From the human T2T-CHM13v2.0 reference genome, Homo sapiens: a stretch of DNA of 64,000 nucleotides. Each line of letters starts with the position of its first letter. Within the stretch, counting starts at the first letter, position 1. The notes under the pieces are model-generated. The model was given only the letters and a program-made list of their open reading frames with translations. It was not told the origin of the DNA and searched no databases. Shown here one piece after another: positions 14,246-27,782 of the stretch. The stretch lies in NCBI RefSeq assembly GCF_009914755.1, contig NC_060939.1; one strand, given 5' to 3'. A program made the translations under genes and the position numbers.

Positions 14246-14921
14246 TTACAGTTGGTTATCATATTACAAAAAAATACAACTATTCAGTTACTGCGGGCTT
14301 CCTATGAAATTCTTTCTCCAGGTTGTGCTGAGGATCTGTGCCTTCATATTTCAAAAAAGTATTTCTTAAAAAAGGCTATACAGTTTCTATAACCTTTATT
14401 TTCCTATAACCATACCTCTGTCAAAGTCTGATGCTTCTTAGCTAAAAATCACAGCAGAAAAAAAGTCCACTGCTAACAATATTGGACTCAGCCATGGTTT
14501 GAGGTTGAGGGTGTGGATTCTGGGTTCCTACCAGCCTTTGGCTTTTACTAATGGGGCAAGTTTCTTCACCTCTGTGCCTCAGTTTCTTACCTGTAAAATG
14601 AAGATGATAATACTTTGTTCAGGTCATTGAGCAGACTGAGTGATTCCATGTAGTATTTACAACAGTGATTCACCTGTGTTTACAGTATGAATGCTTTTAT
14701 TAGTGAAATGGGTCCTCAACTCAATCTGGGAGCCACGAGCTACGGTGCAGGGCTCTGGGGCATCCCCACCGTGGTGCACTGCAGGGAGGGAGGGAGGGTG
14801 GGTGGGCTGCCTGGCACACTCTCACCCAGCCCCTCTGCCTGTGTGTTCTCTCTTCAGGCTGCTGCCCCATTGGAAGATTACTCCCCAGGCTTCCCTTGCC
14901 CCAAGCAGTGAGCTGACTGGA

Positions 14922-15461
14922 ATGGTACCCCGGGAGGCCCCTGAGTCTGCTCAGTGCCTGTGCCCTTCCCTCACCATCCCAAATGCCAAGGATGTGCTTC
15001 GGAAGAGGCACAAGAGAAGGAGCCGACAGCACCAGCGGTTCATGGCCCGGAAGGCCTTGCTGCAGGAGCAGGGGCTGCTGAGCATGCCTCCAGAGCCAGG
15101 GTCCTCCCCACTGCCCACCCCTTTCGGGGCAGCGACAGCAACTGAAGCTGCCAGCAGTGGGAAGCAGTGTCTGAGGGCTGGATCTGGCAGTGCCCCATGC
15201 AGCAGAAGGCCTGCTCCCGGGAAAGCCTCAGGGCCCTTGCCCAGCAAGTGTGTGGCTATCGACTGTGAGATGGTGGGCACGGGACCCCGAGGGCGGGTAA
15301 GCGAGCTGGCCCGCTGTTCCATTGTGAGCTACCATGGCGATGTCCTCTATGACAAGTACATCAGGCCTGAGATGCCCATCGCTGACTACCGTACCCGCTG
15401 GAGTGGCATCACTCGGCAGCACATGCGCAAGGCTGTCCCCTTCCAGGTGGCCCAGAAAGAG
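14922..15461 (+). CDS. AEN: AEN (apoptosis-enhancing nuclease, ISG20L1) coding exon 1 (gene exon 2 starts at 14858), aa 1-180
   Basis: Acceptor TTCTCTCTTCAG|G; Kozak GGAATGG; [11 protein letters not shown]...; basic RKRHKRRSR signal; ExoI motif AIDCEMVG (D114, E116); donor GAG|GTAAGG, phase 0. Confidence 0.97.
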
Positions 15462-16009
15462 GTAAGGGCAGGGATGGGGACTTGTTTGGGAGGTGTGGTG
15501 GGCTGGAAAGAGCCACCCTGGGTTTGAATCACCACTTTGCTTCACTGGGGGCAAGAAACCTTGGGAAAGTCACCTAACTGCTCCAAACAGTAGGTTCCTT
15601 CTCCATAGAACAGGGGAAATAAAAATAAAATCCTGACCTTGCCTCCAGATAAGGATTGCTGGCCTGTTGCACAGGACAATGTAGAAAGGCTACACCAACT
15701 GTAAGGTGATAAATAGCTTACATTTTAGAGTTTGCTTTCTGTTATAAAAGTTGTACGCATTGATATAAAATTTGTAAAGCCCACAGTGGCATCACGTTCA
15801 GGTATGGATGTTTTGGCATATTTCCTTATGTTAGTTTCTTAGTGCTTAGAAAAAATGAATTAGTGGTTGGGACCACACTGATGCACCAGGAATTCCCAAA
15901 CATGCTTGACCTTAGAAACACCTAAGTCCTTTTTAACAATCTAGGATCCTTGTCCCCAGTTCCCTCCATAGAGTTCCTGATCCATTAGGCTTGGGGAGGG
16001 CTCTGACCC

Positions 16010-16613
16010 ATGTTCCAAAAAATCATCACACTGTGTAGACTTGCACCATAAAGCCACAGGGCTTAAGGGGAAATGGAGAAAGGGAACAGTATTAAAAAGG
16101 CCATCAGTGACACCCCAAAAATAAGATAGAAACCTAATAAAAAGGTAGTCCAGTTTTACGCATCTTGTTTCTTTTTTTTTTTTTTTTTATTCCACACATC
16201 TTAAATGGTTAAGAAATGCACAATACACCAATAAGTATGGCACTTTACCTTGAAAAAGACCTGAACTTGCTTGTGGAAAGAGGAGTCAGAAAGGTTGCAG
16301 CTTGAGTTTCTGTGAAGTGGTTGAAGGAGAGTTCTTTGAAGTCAGACAGGAAGTGTGACACCAGCTGTGGATGGGTGTGGCTCATCACACAGGTGAACTA
16401 GGGTTGCTGGGAGATGTTTGGGCTGTGTGCATATTGTGTATGCCCTCTTGGCTTAGTTCAGTTGGATGCAGTTTTCTGCGTTCATTCAGTGTTTCTCAAG
16501 GATGAAATTATGCACAAGCAAAGGTGAAATTTGCATTGTTCTCAAAATGTGTCATACATCAATTGCATTGAGACAAATCTGCATTTTCTAAACAAGCCTT
16601 GTAACAGAACCAC
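16010..16613 (-). mobile_element. Tigger13a-like DNA transposon in AEN intron 2
   Basis: Matches recalled Tigger13a in reverse (ATGGCACTTTACCTTGAAAAAGACCTGAA; ...TGTAACAGAACC end). Confidence 0.65.
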
Positions 16614-17937
16614 TTTTTAACACTTCTGGGTTATTCTTGGGATTAGGCAAGGTTGGGAAATACTGGTGTACACTATCTCGTGTCCTACTTTTTCACATAA
16701 CATTGTGGCCCGAGCATTCCTTTGAAATGATCGGAGGTTATTTTATGTATCAAGCAGGCCAATCAGTAAGAGTAGCAACAAGAGGGGAGGTGTGTGGTGA
16801 ACCCTCCAGCTCCTTGGTCCCTTCCATTGACCTGGTTGGTGGTGGTCCCAAGAGCAGGACCACTTTTTGTCTGCCCAGACTCCGAGCCACTGTGGGTTGT
16901 GCTTCATCTCTTTCCACTTCATGGCTGACTTGGGGGGAGGGGCAGTGTGGTGAGTGACCAGCATGGTGGCATGTCCCTACTATAAAGTCTCAATGCATCT
17001 TATCCATCTGCCATGAAAGCTGGGTTTGGGGATAAACATATGTTGCCAGCAGAGGTAGGCTGTGGAGGCCCGCAGCTGGTGATAAGGAGAGCCCAAGCCC
17101 AGCTAAGAGGGCTAGAGGGGGTTGCTGGCCCATGGCCCTGGGCGTGGCCTCCCTGGTGTATGAGGAGGGCCACCCAGCAGGGAAGGGAGGTACACATTGT
17201 GCAGGCAGCCAGAGCTGAGCAAGAGAGCAGGTTAAGAGGATGAGGAGGAGTTGGTACACAGCAGGGCAAGGGGGCAGAGTCCTGAAGACAGGGATTATGG
17301 CCCTTAATGCTCATAAGAGCTGCTGCTATGGTGTGTCTACCAGTGACAGGCACGGTTCTGTTGACTTCACCTAGCTGGTCTTTATTGATCACCTCCTGTG
17401 ATAAGTAAATAATCAATAAATGTAATGCTTTCTACTACAGGAAAAAGATAGGCATTAAAAAAAAAGAATAAATGTGACGCTTTCCTTGGAGCATCACTAA
17501 GAAGTCCAACATGGTCCCTGCACTCACAGACCTTACAGTGCGGTGGGGGAGAGTTGGGTGGAGTGGGAGGCCTGGTGACGTCTTCCAGGCTGAGAGGAGA
17601 GCCAACACCAGCAATAGAGTTGCTTGTATCTGGTAACAGGAAGACTTCCATCCATGACCTCGTTTAGTCCTTAGAGCCACCCCACGGAATGCTGCTGGCA
17701 GTGTTTCCCTTTGACAGGTGCAGAAGACATAGGTATGCCCCTGGGTATAGACAGTAGAAGGGTCTGGGTTCAGACTTGGGGCAGCATGGTTGACTGTGGA
17801 GCTCGTGATCTCCCCACTCGGTGCTGCCTCCCTCCACAGGGATCCATGCATCTATTGGCCAGGGGTTCTCAGGGCGTGTCTCCTGCCAACCTGATGGGGT
17901 GTGGGGTGACCTCCCTGACTCCTCTTTCTGCTCACAG

Positions 17938-18138
17938 ATCCTTAAGCTCCTGAAGGGCAAGGTGGTGGTGGGGCACGCGCTGCACAACGACTTCCAGGCG
18001 CTCAAGTATGTCCACCCTCGGAGCCAGACCCGGGATACCACCTATGTCCCAAACTTCCTCAGCGAGCCCGGCCTCCACACCCGGGCCCGGGTCTCTCTAA
18101 AGGACCTGGCCCTGCAGCTGCTGCACAAGAAGATCCAG
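17938..18138 (+). CDS. AEN: AEN coding exon 2, aa 181-247
   Basis: CTCACAG|ATC ... CAG|GTGCGT; 201 nt; Exo[13 protein letters not shown] (D198). Confidence 0.97.
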
Positions 18139-18769
18139 GTGCGTGGTGGGAGAGTGGCTGGAAGGGAGGGAGGCCCGCCTGGCCTCCATGCCACCTGAGC
18201 CACAGACAAGGCTTTGGGCTGTGTCTCCAGCCTCCTTGTCATTCTCTTCCCTAGTCCAGGTCCAGGGACCTTGCTTAAATGGGTCTCCCTCCTGTACACG
18301 CAGCTCCAGGTGTTTCTCTCCATGATCCTTCTTCCCCAGTGTGTACTGCGATTCTCCCAGAACACATTCTCCTAGGCCGATCTCTTCCAGATCTGTCCCC
18401 TCCCTAACTCTTGGTTCTTGCATCCCTGAAGCATGGTCTCCCATCCCCTACTAGCAGACATAGAGCCTTAGATCAGGAGGAGCCAGTACCTCTTGCTCCT
18501 GTTGGGCTTCACATTTATTATTCATCTGATCTGCAAGCCTTTGAAGCAAGAGATTTTTAGCATGCCTTATATTTGAGGAAAACAGGCTTGGAGAAGCTGC
18601 ATGGCTTATGGTGTACCGTTGAGGTTCCATCCCTTTTCTGTGAACCTCCATTCTGAGCATACGTATTCTTGGGCCTGCACAAAGAGCCCTGGGAAACTGG
18701 CCTTGCTTCTTGGGGTAACAGGCCTCTCACTAGGCCTGCAGGCAGTGATGTGTTGGCTCTCGTCAGTAG

Positions 18770-19006
18770 GTGGGCCAGCACGGGCACTCATCAGTAGAAG
18801 ATGCCACGACAGCCATGGAGCTCTACCGGCTGGTGGAGGTGCAGTGGGAACAGCAGGAGGCCCGCAGCCTCTGGACCTGCCCCGAGGACAGAGAACCTGA
18901 CAGCAGCACAGACATGGAACAGTACATGGAGGACCAGTACTGGCCCGATGACCTGGCCCACGGCAGCAGAGGAGGAGCCAGGGAGGCACAGGACAGAAGG
19001 AATTGA
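18770..19006 (+). CDS. AEN: AEN coding exon 3, aa 248-325 plus stop
   Basis: Acceptor CAGTAG|GTG; ExoIII HSSVEDA (H253, D258); ends ...AQDRRN*; spliced total 325 aa. Confidence 0.96.
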
Positions 19007-20139
19007 GAAGGGGGCGGGGCTCCCTGGCTGGGCTTCCGGTGTGGCCGGTAGGAAGTGGGGGCCAGGAGAGCAGCGGGCACTCCTTCCTGGGCAGGGTGGG
19101 GCAGGATGCAGTGAGCCAGCCCCAGGGCCAGAGGAGTTGGGGTCATCTGTTACCTTGACACCCTCTGCACACAGCATAGCCCTCTCTCTCTCCAGGGCTG
19201 TTGGTTCTTTCTCCTGACTCCTGTGGTTTTGCTAATGGCACTTTACAGACTCCATGGAGATGTCAGGTGGACCATCTTCTAGGGCCCAGCAGGAGTAGGG
19301 AATGTGCCAACAGACTGCCCAGGTTGCCGTGGCCTTCCCCACCCCCCAGATCTCCTGAGTCATCATGCTGTGCTAATGAAAGGGATCATATCATCCTCTC
19401 TGGGGATGGTGGGTGGGGGTGTCAATATCCTGGAGCTCCCTTACCCCAACTCAATGACTTGGGGGTAAAGTTCTCTTCCTTTTGTTGCCTACCTCTTCCT
19501 CCACTCATTTGGGTTCAGAATAAACATGCCCTGAAGTTAAAGAGGAGTTAAGTCCTAAAGGAGGCATTTCTTCCCCACCTCCCTGACCTGGAACTCTGGC
19601 TACAGCCATTGTAGGAACTCCGTGCCTGGCCTGTCAGCTCCCTGCTAGGCTACAGTGGAATAGCAGAGCCCACAGGCTTCTCGTGGGGAGTTGGCTCCTT
19701 AACATTTCTTGGCAACAGAAAGCCCCAGGCACAGCTCAGGGAGGAGGGAAGGCAGGTAAGCTTTGGACGAGAACTGGCATATTTATTTTGACCCAAATCA
19801 GGGATTTCCCCAGTCCACCCAGTACTGGGCTCTTAAGCAAAAGTCTGAGAAACAAGACAGTGGTTTGAATTCTGGGGCCTTTGTGTAGGATTGTGCCTGA
19901 CCTTTATTTATTTATTAACAGCAGGGCCACTCGTCTAGGGCAGTGGAGTCTGCGTGTCTCCTGGGGCTGGGGCAGGGCATTGGCAGTTACGCAGTGGCCC
20001 TGAACCTGGTCTGGTGCCCCCGAACCTGGTCTGATGCCCCCTCAGCTCTTTGACAATCACTGTGGCTGTTGGGTTTTCTCCTATTTCTAAAAATGTTCTC
20101 TTCTTTCCTAAGTGACAGTTTTGAAGTATTGGATAACCA

Positions 20140-20345
20140 AGAGCTCAGGTCACACAGACCTTGGAGCCCCATCTTTGCTTGCAGCTTAGCTTTGAGATAC
20201 TAAGCAAGCGAGGGACTTCACTCTTGAGCCTGTTTTTTCCTCATCTGTAAAGTGGGGATAGTGGTACGGCCTACCTCATAGGGTTGTAATGAGCACTAAA
20301 TGTGAAGTGCTTGGCACAGTGCCTGGCACATGGTGAGCCACAGCT
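20140..20345. mobile_element. MIR in AEN 3' UTR
   Basis: CCTCATCTGTAAAGTGGGGATA...CTACCTCATAGGGTTGT...GTGCCTGGCACAT. Confidence 0.75.
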
Positions 20346-20970
20346 ACTGTGAGTTTCTGTTTATCCCCCTTTTTTTTTTTTAAGCCCATTGTTTATTCTT
20401 TGAGAATTTGTTGTAACTTCTTCAGGATAACACCTGAGTCCACAGGCTGAGCAGCTGTGGCCCAGACAGAACTGCTCCGGCTTGGCTGTTCCAGCAGGTG
20501 GGGCGCTGGCCTCGGTGAGGGCACAGCAGCAAGGTTCACGGATATCCGTGTGTCTTGTCTGTGGCCACCAGGCACAGGTTTGGCTTCCGGTCAGTGTCCC
20601 GACACTGTGCGGGAGGTGACAACAGAGCAAAGCAGCGCAGGGGTCAGGGAGGTGGAGACACTGCTGAAATCACACTACCCCACCCTCAGCTGAAGCCCCA
20701 CGTTCCACAAACTTGGGGTCATAGATTGTCCAGTCACTGGCTCCCTCCCTGTCAGCACAGCACAGAGGAAGGGGCTAACTGAATCTTTTACCACTTCTGG
20801 CCTGGCTCCAGAACTTTGTTCTAGATTCCTTAAAAGTCGGTAGCTGATGTCAAACTCAATTGAGCAGTAGCTTTGATCCCTTGGTCTGGGGGTCGAAGGA
20901 AGATGGCGCTGTTATCAGCGGGGAAATGTACTATTTAAGATCAGCTTTGTTGTAAAACCATTTGTTCTAG

Positions 20971-20976
20971 AATAAA
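20971..20976 (+). terminator. AEN: AEN distal polyadenylation signal
   Basis: AATAAA preceded by TTTGTTGTA and followed by GT-rich sequence. Confidence 0.75.
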
Positions 20977-21207
20977 ACTCAATTGGAAACGTGGGTGAAG
21001 TGGCCCTTCCTGTGAATTCTCAAGCTGGGATTGGAGGGTGGCTCATTGGGGGTTTGGGAGGGGGACTGGGGCACTAAGCCTTGCTGGGTGCTTTGGACTT
21101 CGAGAAGGCAGTTTTCAAGAGGATGCAGTGGGCTCCAGCAAGAAACTAGCAGAGCTACAGAATTTAGATAATTTATTTCTTATTGCCCTATTACAGAGCA
21201 CAAGTTT

Positions 21208-23622
<2,415 letters not shown>

Positions 23623-23656
23623 ACACTGTTTCTTATGGTTCAACCTTTAGTATATA

Positions 23657-24676
23657 CAGTTGACCCTTGAACAACATAGGGATTGGGTGTTGACTCCCCA
23701 CACAGTCAAAAATGTGCATGTAACTTGATTCCCCAAAAATTCAACTAATAGCCTACTTTTGATTGGAAGCCTTACTGATAACAGGTAGCCAAATAACACA
23801 TATTTTATATGTCATATGTATTATATACTGTATTATAATCAAGTAAGTGAGAGAAAAAATGATAAGGAAGATAAAATATATTTACTGTATTTATCGGTAT
23901 TGTAAGGTTTTTACTGTATTTACATATGAGATGAAACATCTGTCTGAAATGGCAGCAACCACAGCTGTGGACTTCAATCTGTGGTACATATCAAGCAATT
24001 CAGCTTTTTCTTGTAATGTCACGACTTGTTTTCTGCTTCTTGGGAGCACTTCCAGCATCAGTAGTGGCACTTCATATGGGTCCCATGGTGGGATTCAAGG
24101 TTTACAGTATTGCACTAAGCATGATGAAAAATACCACAAAAACTGCAAGAAATCACTTTTTCCATCTTACTGGGATACCAGATGTCCTGGATATGAACTG
24201 CTGAAGCGGGGATGGGTAGTGTCACACACGTTTTAAGCAGATACTTGCAGCGCTTGAGCTCACTACAGTAACAACAGGAAGTGGCTACATTAACAGCACA
24301 CTGTGTACTATAGTTAATTTTATGCAGTTACGGTTTCAGACTGCATCCCGACATTGGTTTACATTTCTCTTGACTGAGAATGGTGCCACGTGTGGTCTGT
24401 AAGTAGGTAAGTTTTGTTAAGTTTTACCTTTTAATAATAGATGTGCATATTTTATGGTAGTAAGTGATAAAATAGACTAGTATTTACATGTATTTTATAC
24501 ATTCATGACATAAGTAGCTTCTTAATTTCTTTGATATTTCTAGGCTGTGCAATTCATCTGAGTTTTTTCAAATTGTTGAAAAATCTCTCCCAAAATTTCC
24601 AATATATTTATTGAAAAAAAATCTGCATGTAAGTGGACCTGTGCAGTTCAAGCCCATGTTGTTCAAGGGCCAACCA
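23657..24676 (+). mobile_element. Tigger2-family non-autonomous DNA transposon (Tigger2b-like)
   Basis: TA|CAGTTGACCCTTGAACAACA left TIR and TGTTGTTCAAGGGCCAACC right TIR, ~1.0 kb. Confidence 0.8.
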
Positions 24677-27371
24677 CAATTTAGGAATACACATACACAT
24701 TTTAGGCGTACATGCCCAGCAGGACTGGAGATGGCTGGACTGGGAGAGCGTGTCCCTTGTGGGGAGAGGGGCCTCTCGCCCTCCAGTGTGAGTTGTCTCA
24801 GCCTGAGGCCAGTGCTGTGGATCCAGAGAGGGCCACAGAGTGGCCGACTTGTACCTGTTATGGTCATTACAGGTGGTCAGCTGTAGCTGGATGTGTGCCT
24901 TGAAAGGCTGACAAGTTTGCCCTGAGTGACTCACCTACTGTCACCTGATCCAACAAGATTTGTGGGCGTAGCCTGCCGATGGGTGACGCCAGTTAAAGGT
25001 AGAGCGTCGGCACCGGGAAACCCTGGCTGCGGTCGGGCTTCTCTCTGGGTACTGGGCCACCAGTGCCTGGCGTCCAACATCAGAGCACACAATACACTTG
25101 AAAAACAGTTCAGCTGGACCCAGGCAGGGTTCTAGGTGCTGGGGCCCCAGCTTTGAACTAAACAGATGGCAGGGGGAACAGTAAATGAACAAGTAAAATA
25201 CAGTTTCAGAGGGTGCTAATTCCTATGGGAAAAGGCCAGAGAAGGGGATAGGAAGTAAACTTTTAGTTTTTAAAGACAAGGTCTCCCTATGCTGTCCAGG
25301 CTGGAGTGTATTGGCACTGTCATAGCCTCAAACTCCTGGGTGCAATTGATCCTCCCAGCTTAGTCTCTGGAGAAGCTAGCACTACAGGTGTGATTCACCA
25401 CAATGGATTATTTTTTAATTTTAGAGATGAGATCTCCCTGTGTTGCTCAGGCTGGTCTCGAATTCCTGGCCTCAAGCAAATCCGCCTCAGCCTAGAGTAA
25501 CTGGGATTATAGACACTAGCCATCGCCCTGGCAGGAAGTGCGGTTTTAAATAGAGAGGTCAGGGACAGCTTCATGGAAAGACGTCATGGAATGGGAGCAA
25601 TGTGACCCCCCAGGCCACATTGGAAGACCTTTCAAGAGTAAGGGGACAGCAAATGCCTGGGCCTTGAGACAGGAGCATGACCAGAATGTTGGAGGAAGAC
25701 AGAAAGAGCCAGTGTGGTTGGAAGTGTGGGAGGTGGGAATGGTAAGGGCATGGGAGAGGGGCTTACCTTTGTAGCACTGCCTGTCTCTTCCACCTGAAGC
25801 AGAGACCTGATCTTACTGGTCCCTCTGGCCATCAGACCTAGTCCTTGGGAGATGCAGGGGGTTTCAGAACAACCTGCTGATGGTTTGGCAGAAGTCACCA
25901 TGTGCATAAACCAAAGCCCTGGATGTGGGTTTAAACCTAAAAGAAAGGCCTTAAATTGGATAGTGATGCAAGATGAGGTTGGGAAGGCTGGTGGACTGAT
26001 GGAAGAGGGTCTGGAAACTGCCTGGAGTTGAGGTTTGATTTTTTTTTTTTTTTTTTTTGGACATCAGGAAATCACAAAATTTCTTGAGCAGAGAAGTGCC
26101 TCGGTGATGAACAGTACAAGAGATTAGATTTTGGGAAATGTAACATGGTAGGACTCAAAGGACCCTTTTGAGCAGGGCATGAAGATGGAGGTGGGAGACC
26201 CGGGAGCGACTCCTGCGGCCACACAGGCCAGGCAGGTGAGGACTAGGGTAGGACTTCCACAGGAAAGGGGAAACGGTAAGAATTAGAGGCAGCTCAGGTG
26301 AGACAGAGCAGGCACAGAACCATGGGGAAAATATTGGAGGAGTGGGATGTGTTCTGACTAAGACCCGAGGAGGTGAGCAGAGGTGGAGGCATGAGGGGTT
26401 GCAGCAAACATGTTCCTGTCTGAGGAGCACCACGGGGCACTGGGGGGTCTTATGGGGATTGTAGAATCAAACCTATGATTGGATCTTTAGGGGGTTACTT
26501 TTTAAGTGCATGTTTCCATAAAGTAACAGGAATGTTACTTCATTTCCTCCTAAATCAGGGTAACCTTTATGCATTTGAAAAGCATAAAGTCCCCACACAG
26601 TCTGAATTAAAGCAAAAGTTGCTTATTCAGGATGGGAATCAAAAACTCTCACACCTCAAATTTGCATCCAGTGAACAGTAAGCAGGAGCAGGGCTTTCTC
26701 ATGAAGACGTATTTCAGTCTTTGGTTTTATTTTTGAGGTTTGTTAAAGTTGGGCATCCAAATCCCACTTGGTGAAAATACTACAGACCTGGGGAAGTTAC
26801 TTTTCAAACCACAGATCTTCATGACACTGGGAGGCAGTCAGATTGGAGGGATCAGTGTGGATTCTGCACAGATCTGGGGTAGGAGGCAACCGTGGGGAAC
26901 GCTCAGCTTATTGTTGGATCTCACCACAGTGAAAGACAAGCACTTCCCTCATTGAAAGTTGATTTTCTTTTTGCCCCAGTTGTAACTCATTTGACATTCA
27001 CTAAATACCAAGCCCTCCCTATCTGGCAGGCACTGTTCTAAGAGCTCAAAGTCCTAGCCTGGGAGAGTGTGGACCCAAGGAAGTGTGGCCGGGCTGGTGG
27101 GGCCTCCCCGAAGGCCTGCTTCTCCTTCACCCTCACAGAGTCAGCCCCACTGGAGGCAGAGCTCATTGAGGCATCTGGAACCCACGGAGGCCTGTAAGGG
27201 CTCCCTCGCTGCTCCTTGCCTTCCCTGGGTTGGAAGTGGGGGCTAGCCACTCCCACCACAAGTTTCTCCTGCCCATTCCAATAAAAGCCTGTATGTCCCA
27301 AGAGCCAGCTTCCCTACCCCATAAGAGACCACTGAGTATCAGACTGGTAGCAGGCTCCAGAAGTTAGTTGT

Positions 27372-27382
27372 GGGACATTCCC
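27372..27382 (+). promoter_or_regulatory. ISG20: NF-kB site GGGACATTCCC upstream of ISG20
   Basis: Matches GGGRNNYYCC; ISG20 is known to respond to NF-kB/dsRNA. Confidence 0.7.
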
Positions 27383-27607
27383 TGAGCTCCAGTCCTGGGG
27401 ATGTTTATTCTCTGGGCGGAGGGTGAGAAAGGAAACAAAGATGTTGCAATCCACTCCACGAACGTCAAATGCGTCATCTGAGGAGGGGGAGGGCCGGGGC
27501 AAAGGAGGGGCACCCTGACATGGAGCCTGCCAGCTCCGTCAGCCCTGACTCGGCCCGGAGCTGAGCTCCCCACCTGCCGGTAGCCCAGGAGATGGAGCAG
27601 CCCAGCC

Positions 27608-27706
27608 CACGTGCCCGGCCTTCCGCCCCTGACTTCACTTGATAACAAACTAGAAACTGAAACAGGGTCGGGATGCCGATGCCGGCTTGGAGTTAGAGAT
27701 GAGTCA
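27608..27706 (+). promoter_or_regulatory. ISG20: ISG20 core promoter: E-box 27608-27613, GC box 27623-27628, ISRE AGAAACTGAAAC 27652-27663, AP-1 TGAGTCA 27700-27706
   Basis: Motifs read directly; TATA-less promoter with a single ISRE, as established for human ISG20. Confidence 0.9.
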
Positions 27707-27782
27707 CCGCTGAGAGCAGCTGCAGTAGCTGAGCAGTGGCAGCAGAGAGGCAGACGTGAGCTGAGGGCGCAGAGGCAGGCAG
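27695..27782 (+). other. ISG20: ISG20 non-coding exon 1 (TSS approximate)
   Basis: Donor CAG|GTGAGA at 27782/27783. Confidence 0.75.

Larger units (their letters stand above)
19007..20995 (+). other. AEN: AEN 3' UTR with proximal (19519-19524) and distal (20971-20976) AATAAA
   Basis: Canonical hexamers; end placed ~20 nt after the distal signal (approximate). Confidence 0.75.

Noticed and set aside
14691-14921. N-terminal extension of the 278-aa ORF
   Set aside because: It starts in intron 1, upstream of the 14858 acceptor; the true start is the strong-Kozak ATG at 14922
19007-20995. miR-7 targeting of neighbouring AEN or ISG20
   Set aside because: No GTCTTCC 7-mer seen by eye in either 3' UTR (only TCTTCC 6-mers); the GTCTTCCA at 17580 is intronic
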